Source: Candidatus Sumerlaeia bacterium (lineage in GTDB: Bacteria; Sumerlaeota; Sumerlaeia; SLMS01; JANRJK01). Taken from it: a DNA stretch of 64,000 nt. Shown here in pieces: positions 55,912 through 64,000 of this stretch. A model generated the notes under the pieces. The model was not told where the DNA came from and did no database searches. It was given only the letters and a program-made list of their open reading frames with translations. The first letter of the stretch is position 1, and each line of letters opens with the position of its first letter. The translations under genes were made by a program, and so were the position numbers. Location: contig JANRJK010000039.1 of the NCBI GenBank assembly GCA_033764015.1, positions 25,187 to 89,186 on the forward strand, given 5' to 3'.

Positions 55912-58878
55912 TCACTCGTCCTCGGCGTCCGGGTCGTCCTCGTCATCCCCCCGGGCAAGCGCCCGGCTGCGGCTGTCGGCGCCCTCCATGCGGTCCAGCT
56001 CGGCGAGGGCCGCCTGCGGATCCACGAGGATCTCCCGGGGCTTGCTGCCCTTGTACGGGCCGACGATGCCCATGTCCTCCAGCATATCCATCAGGCGGCC
56101 CGCGCGTGCGAAGCCCACCTTCAGCCTCCGCTGCACCAGCGACGTCGAGCCCTTCTCCCCTTCGAGGATCACGCGTGCGGCGGCGCGCACCAGCGCCTCG
56201 TCGATTTCGTCGTCCCCCGCCTGCGCGCTGCCGCCGGAGTGCGGCACGAACATACCCTCTCGCACGTCGCCCATGACGCGGTTGGTGCCGCGCGCGGGCG
56301 CCTTGGCGAAGCGTTCCTGCCCGTCGAGGTCTTCGAACATGTCGGGGTTGCCGACCAGCTTGGCGAGTTCGCGGCGCTCCTTCTCCGAAAGCAGCGGCTC
56401 GAACTCCTCGACCTCGTAGACAGGCTCCTGCTGCGCGCGCCAGTGGTCCGTGATGCGCTCCACCTCCTGGTCGCTCACGAAGGCGCCCTGCAGACGGATC
56501 GGCTTCGGCTGGCCGCCCATCGCGAACAGCATGTCGCCGCGCCCCAGCAGCGCCTCCGCGCCGTTCTGGTCGAGGATCGTCCGCGAGTCCACCTTCTGCG
56601 AAACCTGGAACGCGATGCGGCTCGGGAAGTTGGCCTTGATGATGCCGGTGATGACGTTCACCGAGGGGCGCTGCGTGGCGAGGATGAGGTGGATGCCGAC
56701 CGCGCGCGCCATCTGGGCGAGCCGCTGGATCGACTCCTCCACCTCCGCCTTCGCCGTGATCATCAGGTCCGCCAACTCGTCGACGATCACCACCATGTGC
56801 GGCATCGGCTTCAGGCTCTTGCCGATGGAGCGGCGCGACTCGCTCGGGTTCTCCGCCAGCTTGTTGTAACCGTCGATGTTGCGGACGTTGAACTCGACGA
56901 GCGTCTTGTAGCGCTCCTCCATTTGCTCCACAGCCCAAGCCAGCGCGGCGGCGGCGCGCTTCGGCTCGCACACCACCGGGGCGATCAGGTGCGGGATCCG
57001 GTCGTACACCGACAGCTCGACGCGCTTCGGATCCACCATGATCAGCTTCACCTGGTCCGGTCGCATCCGGTACAGGATGGAGCAGATGATCGAGTTGAGG
57101 CAGACGGACTTGCCGGTGCCGGTAGCGCCGGCGATCAGGAGGTGCGGCATCCGCCGCAAGTCCACGAAGTGCGGCAGTCCCTCGATCGTCTTGCCGAGCG
57201 CGAACGTCAGCGGGCTCGACTGCTCCCAGAATTCGGAGCAGGCGATCAGTTCCTTCAGGTACACGCCCTGGCGCACGCGGTTCGGCACCTCGATGCCAAC
57301 CACCGCCTTGCCGGGGATCGGCGCGAGAATGCGCACGCTGACCGCCTTCATGGCCATGGCGATGTCGTGCTCGAGGGAGGCGATGCGGCTCACCTTCACG
57401 CCCGCGGCGGGCTTCAGCTCGAAGCGCGTGACCACCGGGCCCTGTCGCACCTCGATCACCTTCGCTTCGATGCCGAAGTCCGCGAAGGTCGTTTCGAGCG
57501 TCTTCGAGATTTCCAGCATTTCCTCCCGCGGCATCCGCACATCGACCTTGGGCGGGTCCTCAAGCAGCTCGATGTTCGGCAGCATGAGCGCGCGCGGGGC
57601 GGGCGCGGCGGGTGCCGCGGCGCGCTCCACCGCGGCGGCGACCCCCTCCGGCTTCGCGTCCACAGCGGCGTTGAAGATCGGGTCGCCGCCGTTCGCGTCC
57701 GGCCCCACCGGCCGTGCCGCACCGGGGGCCGTGAAGCGCGGCTCCGGGGTCGCGGCCTCCGGCTTCATCAGCTTCATCACCCGGTCGAGGCGCGGGTCGG
57801 GTGCGGCAGTCCCCGGCGGGGGAGCGGCCTCCGCGGGACGCTGGCGCGCGGGAGCGGCGGGAAACATCTGCGAAAGCTTGCCCTCCATCTGCGCGGGGGC
57901 GGGGCGCGCCGCCGGGGACGGGTTGGCGGGGTTGCCGCTCATCAGTCCCGGGGCTCCGGTGTCGTTCAGCGAAATGCGCGGTTCCGCGGGCGGCGCGGCG
58001 GGCTGGACTTCGCCGGCGAGTTCCCGGCGCAGCGCCTCCTCGAACTCGCGGTCCATCTCCGCTTCCTCAAGCGCACGCATCGCGGCTTCCGCGTCGTTGT
58101 CGAGCAGCCGCGGGAGCGGTGCGGCGTCCGCCTTGGCGCCCGCCTTCGCCGGCGCGGGCTTCGCATCCGGCGCGGGTGTGGCGGCCTCGGAGGGCGTCAG
58201 GCGGCGCACCGGACGGCTGCGGTGCTCTTCTTCGATCTGCGCCAGTTCGTCCTCGCTCGGCAGGCCGGCGAACTCCGGGGCGGGGGCCAGCAGGTGGCGC
58301 TCGCGCCAACGCGCGACGACAGCCTGCGCCATCCCGGTGAGGCCGAGTCCGAGGTTGAGGCCCACTCCGGCGACCGTCAGCGCGCCGAGAATCATGCCCG
58401 CGCCGACGGAGCCGAACATCCCCACAAGACGCAGCCCCTCCCATTCGACTAGGAATGCGCCGAGCGCGCCCGCCCGCTCGAAGGTCTCGCGGCGGAGCGT
58501 CTCCTCATCGGCGCCCGGCAGCGCGAGGAAGCCGCACACCCCAAGCAGGACCAGCGCGACGCCCAGCGCCCGAAGCCAATGCACCCCGAGCGCGCGGCCC
58601 ATGAAGAGGGCGCCAGCCTTGGCGAACAGCAGGAGCGGCACAGCCCAGGCGACGAACACGCCGAACAGGAACCGCAGCCCGGCCGCGATGCCCTCGCCGG
58701 CGGGACCCACGAGATGGCTTTGATCCGAGGGCATCCCGAGCGAGACGGCGACGTAAAGGCCAAGCAGCAGGAGCGCCGCGCCGAAACCTTCGCGGATCCA
58801 TCCCGCCGCGCCGGGCTCCCGTTCACCCGCCCGCGAGGGTTCCCGGTCTCCGTAGATCGCTGAATTCGCCGTCGCCAT
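55912..58878 (-). CDS. ftsK: DNA translocase FtsK
   Basis: N-terminal TMs, Pro/Ala linker, GPVVTRFE, PHLLIAGATGTGKSV, DELADLM, ATQRPSV, gamma domain STSLVQRRLKVGFARAGRLMD. Confidence 0.96.
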   Translation of the reverse strand: MATANSAIYGDREPSRAGEREPGAAGWIREGFGAALLLLGLYVAVSLGMPSDQSHLVGPAGEGIAAGLRFLFGVFVAWAVPLLLFAKAGALFMGRALGVHWLRALGVALVLLGVCGFLALPGADEETLRRETFERAGALGAFLVEWEGLRLVGMFGSVGAGMILGALTVAGVGLNLGLGLTGMAQAVVARWRERHLLAPAPEFAGLPSEDELAQIEEEHRSRPVRRLTPSEAATPAPDAKPAPAKAGAKADAAPLPRLLDNDAEAAMRALEEAEMDREFEEALRRELAGEVQPAAPPAEPRISLNDTGAPGLMSGNPANPSPAARPAPAQMEGKLSQMFPAAPARQRPAEAAPPPGTAAPDPRLDRVMKLMKPEAATPEPRFTAPGAARPVGPDANGGDPIFNAAVDAKPEGVAAAVERAAAPAAPAPRALMLPNIELLEDPPKVDVRMPREEMLEISKTLETTFADFGIEAKVIEVRQGPVVTRFELKPAAGVKVSRIASLEHDIAMAMKAVSVRILAPIPGKAVVGIEVPNRVRQGVYLKELIACSEFWEQSSPLTFALGKTIEGLPHFVDLRRMPHLLIAGATGTGKSVCLNSIICSILYRMRPDQVKLIMVDPKRVELSVYDRIPHLIAPVVCEPKRAAAALAWAVEQMEERYKTLVEFNVRNIDGYNKLAENPSESRRSIGKSLKPMPHMVVIVDELADLMITAKAEVEESIQRLAQMARAVGIHLILATQRPSVNVITGIIKANFPSRIAFQVSQKVDSRTILDQNGAEALLGRGDMLFAMGGQPKPIRLQGAFVSDQEVERITDHWRAQQEPVYEVEEFEPLLSEKERRELAKLVGNPDMFEDLDGQERFAKAPARGTNRVMGDVREGMFVPHSGGSAQAGDDEIDEALVRAAARVILEGEKGSTSLVQRRLKVGFARAGRLMDMLEDMGIVGPYKGSKPREILVDPQAALAELDRMEGADSRSRALARGDDEDDPDAEDE

Positions 58879-58998
58879 ATGTCGCCCGCCGCGGGGAAAG
58901 GAGTGGTCGAACCCCGTGGATGCGCGCGGCTCGCTAACACCGGCAACATGTTTTTCCGCGTCGGAGAGGCTTGCGGAGCTTGTGCGGCGCCGGGGGCG

Positions 58999-59349
58999 CT
59001 ACGCCGCCCCACGCCCCAACAGGGCCCGGCCCAGTTCCTCGCGGGTACGCACACCGCGAAGCACCAGTAGGAGGTAGACGAGCGTGGAAAGGTTGCCCAG
59101 GAGGACGAATGACACCGTCCAAGCGGCTGTGAGGAAAGGACTGCGCTCGCGGTAGGCGACCCACAGAGCGAAGAGCGCGATGCCCACGTAGAAGTCGAAC
59201 AAGGTTGCCTGGAACCACTTGTCCTCCATGAGGGCGCCGAATCCCTCGAAGAAGCCAGTGTCCGCGGCCATGCCAGCGTGGACGAAAAACGCGGCCATCC
59301 CGAGAAGCATCAGGACGGCCGCGGTCTTTGCGATCTTGGCGGGGCTCAA
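58999..59349 (-). CDS. Small membrane protein, DUF1475-like
   Basis: W.QATLFDFYVG..LF..WV.YRE...W......LGN...LVY pattern, TTG start with GAGG RBS. Confidence 0.7.
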   Translation of the reverse strand: MSPAKIAKTAAVLMLLGMAAFFVHAGMAADTGFFEGFGALMEDKWFQATLFDFYVGIALFALWVAYRERSPFLTAAWTVSFVLLGNLSTLVYLLLVLRGVRTREELGRALLGRGAA

Positions 59350-59356
59350 GCGACCC

Positions 59357-60415
59357 TCAATGCCGCGGGGGCGCGCTGTGGGCACGCGCCTCGGCGAAAG
59401 CCTGGCGGCGGCGCTGCGCCTCCTCGTAAAGCGACTTCGGGTGCGTCTTGATGTCCCAGACGAGGCCCACGAGCGACATGACGCGCAGCAAGTAGTGCGT
59501 GATGTCCAGCTCCCACCAGTACATCCCCTGCCGCTCGGAAGCGGGATAGCGGTGGTGGTTGTTGTGCCACCCCTCGCCAAGCGTGATGATCGACAGGATG
59601 AAGCTGTTCTTGCTCTCGTCCGTCGTTTCGAAGCGCCGCTTGCCGAAGATGTGCGAAAGCGAGTTGATCGTGAAGGTGCCGTGGTACAGGAGCACGGTGC
59701 TGAAGAAGAAGCCCCAGCCTAGCATTTGCCACGCGGTGGTGCCGAGCTGCGGGAAGTACTCCTGCAAGAACAGTCCGAGCATGAAGGTGGCGACGCCCAG
59801 GGTGATCGGCGCGATGACGTGGTACTTGTCGAGGAACTTCAGCTCCGGGAACTTCGCGAAGTCCTTGATCTCCTCCCAGCGGATCTCGCCGTACTTGCGG
59901 CACATCACCCAGCCGCAATGCGCCCACCAAAGGCCGCGGAGGCCCGGGGAGTGGATGTCCTCCTCCGTGTCCGAATGCCGGTGGTGGTGCCGATGGTGCG
60001 CCGCCCACCACAGGGGCCCCTGCTGCGCGGAGGACGCGCCGAGGAACGCCAGGCAGAACTGGAACCAGCGGCTTGTCTTGAAGGTGCGGTGCGAGAAGTA
60101 GCGGTGGTAGCCGCCGGTGATCGCGAACATGCGGATGAAATATAGGAACAGGCAGAACCCGAGCGCCACCCAATTGAACCCGGTGGCCACCACGAACGCC
60201 ACCGCTGCGACGTGCACACCCAGGAACGGGATGCTGCCGAGGAAATCGATGCTTTCGATCGCCTCTTTCGGGCGCTTGTAGAGCGACAAAGTCAGCGTTC
60301 GCGGGCTCGCGAGGATCTCGCGCGCGCGGCGGGCCTTCTCGGAATCGATCCGGACGCCGTCGCCGTGGTCGTGGTGGTCGTCGGCGGGGGTGTTCATAGG
60401 CACTTCGAGCGACAT
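59357..60415 (-). CDS. Acyl-CoA (delta-9-type) fatty acid desaturase
   Basis: Three His boxes GYHRYFSH, HHRHHH, GEGWHNNHH, plus TFTINSLSH. Confidence 0.93.
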   Translation of the reverse strand: MSLEVPMNTPADDHHDHGDGVRIDSEKARRAREILASPRTLTLSLYKRPKEAIESIDFLGSIPFLGVHVAAVAFVVATGFNWVALGFCLFLYFIRMFAITGGYHRYFSHRTFKTSRWFQFCLAFLGASSAQQGPLWWAAHHRHHHRHSDTEEDIHSPGLRGLWWAHCGWVMCRKYGEIRWEEIKDFAKFPELKFLDKYHVIAPITLGVATFMLGLFLQEYFPQLGTTAWQMLGWGFFFSTVLLYHGTFTINSLSHIFGKRRFETTDESKNSFILSIITLGEGWHNNHHRYPASERQGMYWWELDITHYLLRVMSLVGLVWDIKTHPKSLYEEAQRRRQAFAEARAHSAPPRH

Positions 60416-60425
60416 CGGCTCTCCT

Positions 60426-62417
60426 TCAGCTTGCGGGCAGTGCGCGGTTGTTCGGTCGGGTCAGCACGAGCTGCACGTTCGAGATGGTACGGGTGGAGAA
60501 GCCAGCCTCGCAATAGCAGAAATAGTACTCCCACATGCGGATGAACCGGTTGTCGAAGCCGAGCTGCTCGACCTCCGCGCGCTTGGCGAGGAAACGGTCG
60601 CGCCACTCCCGCAGCGTCCGGGCGTAGTGCACGCCGATGTCGTCCACCCGGTGCACGATCAGCCGGGACGCGCTGGTCATCGCGTTCACCATCGCGGTGA
60701 TCGAGGGGCACACGGCGCCGGGGAAGATGTGCTTCTGGATGAAGTCGCAATTGCGGAGGTAGCGCGCGTAGCGCTGGTCCGGCATCGTGATCCCCTGGAT
60801 CACCGCGAGGCCGTCCGGCTTCATCAGCCGGTCGATCGCGGCGAAGTAGGCCGGCAGGTTTTCGTGCCCGACCGCCTCGATCATCTCGATGGAGACCACC
60901 TTGTCGAAGGAGCCTTCGAGATCGCGGTAGTCGATCAGCCTCAGGTCGATCCGGCCCTCGAGGCCGCACTCGGCGATCCGCGCCTTGGCGAAGGCGAGTT
61001 GCTCCTTCGAAAGCGTGATGCCAGTCACGCGGCAGCCGATGGTTTGAGCCGCGCGGATCGCGAAACCGCCCCAGCCGCAGCCGATCTCCAGGACGTGGTC
61101 CGTGGGCTTGAGGTACGCCTTCGAGATGATCGCGTCCAGCTTCGCGACCTGCGCCTCGTGGTGCGTCGTTTCCGGCGAGGGGTAGACCCCGGAGGAGTAC
61201 ATCATCGTCGCCGGGTCGAGGAAGAGCTGGAAGAAGTCGTTCGACAAGTCGTAGTGGGCGGCGATGTTGCGCCGCGATCCCGCGCGCGAGTTCCGCCGCA
61301 GGAGGTGCGCAGCGCGGTTCGCCAGCGAGCCGAGCAGCGCCGTCGCGGGTTGGTCCTCGTTCACGTTCTGGATGTTGTCCGCGAAGAACGCCAGCGTCGC
61401 CGTCAGGTCCGGTGTGCTCCACTCGCCGGCCATGTACGACTCGGCGAACCCGATGTCGCCATCCGCGAGGCATCGGCTGAAGAAGTTCCAGTCGCTCACT
61501 CGCATCGAGGATTCCAGCCCGCCACCCTTGCCGAAGGTCCGTTGCGTGCGGTCGGGCAGCTCCACCGACAGGCGCCCGGTGGCCATGCGTTCGAACTGGC
61601 CCAGGATAAGGCTGGTGCCGAGCCGCTGGATCGCCGAGGGGGGCTCGGGGCGTACGGTAAGCGCGCTGGTGGGGCTGGGCTTGGGATACACCGGGAGTCC
61701 TTTTCCGTAGTACAGTTTCGCCGCCTGCCAGACGATCCGCGGCATCGTGAGTGCCGTGGCGAACGGCATCGCCGCAAGCGTCCGGGTCAAATCGCCCGTT
61801 GTGAAGGGACGCATCTTTCCCCGCAAGCTTGCGTAGAAGGCCGCTTTGCCTTCGCGCAGCACATTTACGCGGATATCGAGCCGGTCGCCCAGCTCTGCCA
61901 GGTGGAAGTCGAAGTCTCCCGCCCGCTCGTAGAACGGCGACACGTGGAAGTCCTTCGCCATGGTGAAGCGGCCGAGGAAGCCCGGCGGAGCCCCGCGCCC
62001 CGCGCCGACCATCGGGTACAGGTGCCGTTCCCCGAAGGTGTTGTTCACCTCCGCGAGGTACGCCACCGGGCGTCCATCGCCTCCGTAGGCGTAGAAGAAG
62101 CTAACGGGGTTGAACGCGTAGTTCATCAGTCGCGCGGTCGTCACCAGCTCGACGCGCGCGACGTCCTCTTCGAGGCCGAAGCGTCGGAGCAGCGCGATGA
62201 GCCGTTCCTTGAGCGGCGCTCCGCCCCCCTCGAGGTAGTCGCGTTCGAGGAGCGACACAAGCCCGGGCCGGTTGTGCGCGAACATGGGGATCCTCCGCGC
62301 CAGCTCGGGGAGTTCATCCAGATCGAAACAGTAGCAGAAGACGGGATAGCGGAACGTGTGGCGCACCGGGTCGAGGCGCGCGTGCGCCACCTCGCCGACG
62401 TAGAGGCGGCTCCTCAA
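60426..62417 (-). CDS. Fusion of DUF1365 (UfaO-like) domain and cyclopropane-fatty-acyl-synthase-family methyltransferase (UfaM/Cfa-like)
   Basis: N-half: HARLDPVRHTFRY, YAFNPVSFFY, AEVNNTFGERH, KDFHVSPF, IVWQAAKL. C-half: GFAESYM.GEW, HYDLSNDFF, VLEIGCGWGG, SIEMIEAVG, FIQKHIFPG, RMWEYY..YCEAGF. TTG start overlaps the upstream stop. Confidence 0.9.
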   Translation of the reverse strand: MRSRLYVGEVAHARLDPVRHTFRYPVFCYCFDLDELPELARRIPMFAHNRPGLVSLLERDYLEGGGAPLKERLIALLRRFGLEEDVARVELVTTARLMNYAFNPVSFFYAYGGDGRPVAYLAEVNNTFGERHLYPMVGAGRGAPPGFLGRFTMAKDFHVSPFYERAGDFDFHLAELGDRLDIRVNVLREGKAAFYASLRGKMRPFTTGDLTRTLAAMPFATALTMPRIVWQAAKLYYGKGLPVYPKPSPTSALTVRPEPPSAIQRLGTSLILGQFERMATGRLSVELPDRTQRTFGKGGGLESSMRVSDWNFFSRCLADGDIGFAESYMAGEWSTPDLTATLAFFADNIQNVNEDQPATALLGSLANRAAHLLRRNSRAGSRRNIAAHYDLSNDFFQLFLDPATMMYSSGVYPSPETTHHEAQVAKLDAIISKAYLKPTDHVLEIGCGWGGFAIRAAQTIGCRVTGITLSKEQLAFAKARIAECGLEGRIDLRLIDYRDLEGSFDKVVSIEMIEAVGHENLPAYFAAIDRLMKPDGLAVIQGITMPDQRYARYLRNCDFIQKHIFPGAVCPSITAMVNAMTSASRLIVHRVDDIGVHYARTLREWRDRFLAKRAEVEQLGFDNRFIRMWEYYFCYCEAGFSTRTISNVQLVLTRPNNRALPAS

Positions 62418-63718
62418 AGCTCCTGCCCGAACGCCTTGGCGACCGCGACGCCGCTCTTGATCGCGTCCTCGTGGAAGCCGTAGCCGAAGTAGCTGCCCGC
62501 GAAGTGCGTCCGCCGCTCGCCGTTCAGCCGACGCAGCGGCTCCTGCGTCGCGATCGACGCCTCCGTGTAGAGCGGGTGCGTGTACTGGAACTCGCGGACC
62601 ACGCGCTTCGGATCGATCACGCCGGCGCGGTTCAGCGTCACCAGGTAGCGGCGCCGAGTCGCGAGCCCCTGCAACCGGTTCATGTCGTAGGTCACCGACA
62701 GGTTGCCGTCCGCATCGCCGCCCGACTCGCGGACGTAGTTCCACGAGGCCCAGGCGCGCGGCTCCGGCGGCAGCACCCGCGTGTCGAAATGCAGGAGCGT
62801 GTGGTTCCGGTTGTAGCTCCACGCGCCGAGGAGGCGGCGCTCTTCCTCAGACGGGTCGGCAAGGAGCCGGAGCGCTTCGTCCGCGTGCGTGGCGACCACC
62901 GCGTGATCGAAGAGGCGCAGCTCGCCGCTCGCGAGGCGCACGCGCACGGCGTCCTCCCGCCGCTCGAGCGCCTCGACCGGACTCGCTGTGAAAACTTCGC
63001 CCTTGAACGAGCGCAGGAACGCCTTCACGTAGCTTTGGCTGCCCCCCACCACCGTCTGCCAACGGGGCCGGTTCTCCATCGACAGCAGTCCGTGGTTGCG
63101 GAAGAACGCAACCAGCGTCCGCGCCGGGAATCGAAGCATGCCGCGCGCGCTTGTGGACCAGATCGCCGCGCCCATCGGCAACAGGTAGCCGCGCACGAAG
63201 AACCCGTCGAACCGCTCGCGGCGGACGAACTCGCCCAGCGTGATTCCGTCCAGGCGGCCGCCGTCGAGCGCCTCGCCCGCGAGGCGGCAAAAGCGGCGGA
63301 TCTCCGCGAGGAAGCGCCAGAAACGCGGGCTTGCGAGGTTCGAGCGCTGCGCGAAAAGGCCGTTCCAATCGGTGCCGGCGTAGCGGAACCCTGTCCGCTC
63401 GTCCCAGAATGCGAAGGACATGTCGCTCCACCGCCACGGCACGCCGAGGCTCTTCAGGAAGCGGTGCATCGTGGGATAGGTCTTGTTGTTCAGGACGATG
63501 AAGCCGGTGTCGACCGGCGTGCCCGCATCCGGGCCGTCCCCGAGCACCACCGTGTTGGTATGGCCGCCGACGTAGGAGTTGCGCTCGAACATCGTGACGT
63601 CGTGCGCCCGCTGGAGCAGGTGCGCGGCGGAGACGCCGGCCGCGCCACCACCAATCACGGCGATGCGCAGGCGTCTCGCGGGGCCTTGGGGCGGGCGGGG
63701 TTCTCGCAATCTAGTCAC
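62414..63718 (-). CDS. FAD/NAD-binding oxidoreductase (COG2907-type, UfaD-like)
   Basis: IAVIGGGAAG, GGHTNT, VDTGFIVLN..TYP, PMGAAIWS, FFRNHGLL, AWASWNY, TYDMNRLQ, GFHEDA. Confidence 0.88.
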   Translation of the reverse strand: MTRLREPRPPQGPARRLRIAVIGGGAAGVSAAHLLQRAHDVTMFERNSYVGGHTNTVVLGDGPDAGTPVDTGFIVLNNKTYPTMHRFLKSLGVPWRWSDMSFAFWDERTGFRYAGTDWNGLFAQRSNLASPRFWRFLAEIRRFCRLAGEALDGGRLDGITLGEFVRRERFDGFFVRGYLLPMGAAIWSTSARGMLRFPARTLVAFFRNHGLLSMENRPRWQTVVGGSQSYVKAFLRSFKGEVFTASPVEALERREDAVRVRLASGELRLFDHAVVATHADEALRLLADPSEEERRLLGAWSYNRNHTLLHFDTRVLPPEPRAWASWNYVRESGGDADGNLSVTYDMNRLQGLATRRRYLVTLNRAGVIDPKRVVREFQYTHPLYTEASIATQEPLRRLNGERRTHFAGSYFGYGFHEDAIKSGVAVAKAFGQEL

Positions 63719-63735
63719 TGCCTATAGGATGCTGT

Positions 63736-63751
63736 TGTCTAGTTCTGGACA
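63736..63751. promoter_or_regulatory. Near-perfect palindrome upstream of the lipid-modification operon, candidate operator
   Basis: TGTCTAG-tt-CTGGACA, 17 bp upstream of the predicted GTG start. Confidence 0.4.
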
Positions 63752-63807
63752 CTCAGGTGTGATGTTGGCGAGCGGTGTGCCAATGGCGCCCCGGGGCGCA
63801 AAGCGAA

Positions 63808-63838
63808 CGGCGCCGTCCCCATGGGGGAGACGGCGCCG
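63808..63838 (-). terminator. Terminator hairpin downstream of the cold-shock gene
   Basis: CGGCGCCGTC-ccc atg gggga-GACGGCGCCG stem, followed on the minus strand by TTCGCTTT. Confidence 0.6.
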
Positions 63839-63887
63839 CTGTTTGAGCCTCGCTCAGGAGCGCATCGCGAGCGACGCGCCTGCCTGG

Positions 63888-64000
63888 TTACTGAGGGGTG
63901 ACCTTATCGGCCTGCATGCCCTTCGGGCCCTTGACGGCCTCGAAGTTCACGCGCTGGCCTTCCTGAAGGGTCCGGAAACCCTTCGTCTGGATCGCTGTGT
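63888..64000 (-). CDS. Cold-shock protein (CspA family), 5' part beyond window
   Basis: Translated by hand (not in the ORF track): (H)[36 protein letters not shown]. Confidence 0.92.
   Translation of the reverse strand, partial: TAIQTKGFRTLQEGQRVNFEAVKGPKGMQADKVTPQ

Noticed and set aside
55585-58452. 955-aa plus-strand ORF (likewise 15212-17725, 17046-19925, 35454-37997, 43959-46247, 60390-62483)
   Set aside because: Antisense to well-supported genes, with no recognisable domains.
1-64000. CRISPR arrays, tRNA/rRNA, IS elements, prophage or defence islands
   Set aside because: By eye I found no regularly spaced repeats, cloverleafs, transposase/integrase/phage motifs or compositional island. 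Short RNAs could have been missed without a covariance search.

Overview
Very GC-rich bacterial chromosomal segment with about 53 tightly packed protein-coding genes. I found no rRNA, tRNA, CRISPR array, integrase or transposase. The organism is a diderm LPS producer (lpxK, LPS-kinase-like gene). The pilin family with a C-terminal YDPTNG..GDI motif and short C-terminal G-[WL]-x-[LVI]-x tails suggest Candidatus Sumerlaeota (BRC1) or a relative; this is inference, not a database result. Housekeeping genes: IcmF-like acyl-CoA mutase (partial), aminotransferase, plsY, lpxK, ftsY, pdxJ, cdaA-cdaR, ychF, mtnA, nth-polX-uvrA, hom, PfkB kinase, FadF-like Fe-S oxidoreductase, ABC transporter, iscX, nadA, ftsK and a cold-shock protein (partial). 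Many secreted or unknown proteins lie between them. Most notable: (1) four unrelated signal-peptide proteins end in the same short C-terminal motif, a candidate sorting or secretion signal; (2) a furan-fatty-acid-like operon with a DUF1365-methyltransferase fusion plus its own desaturase; (3) an exported alpha-glucan-binding/esterase cluster; (4) a LytS/LytTR pair divergent from a duplicated-domain secreted protein and a pilin; (5) a structured nadA leader; (6) a tandem pair of membrane-anchored helical paralogues upstream of the c-di-AMP genes. Starts were refined by eye from RBS, overlap and signal-peptide cues and are approximate.
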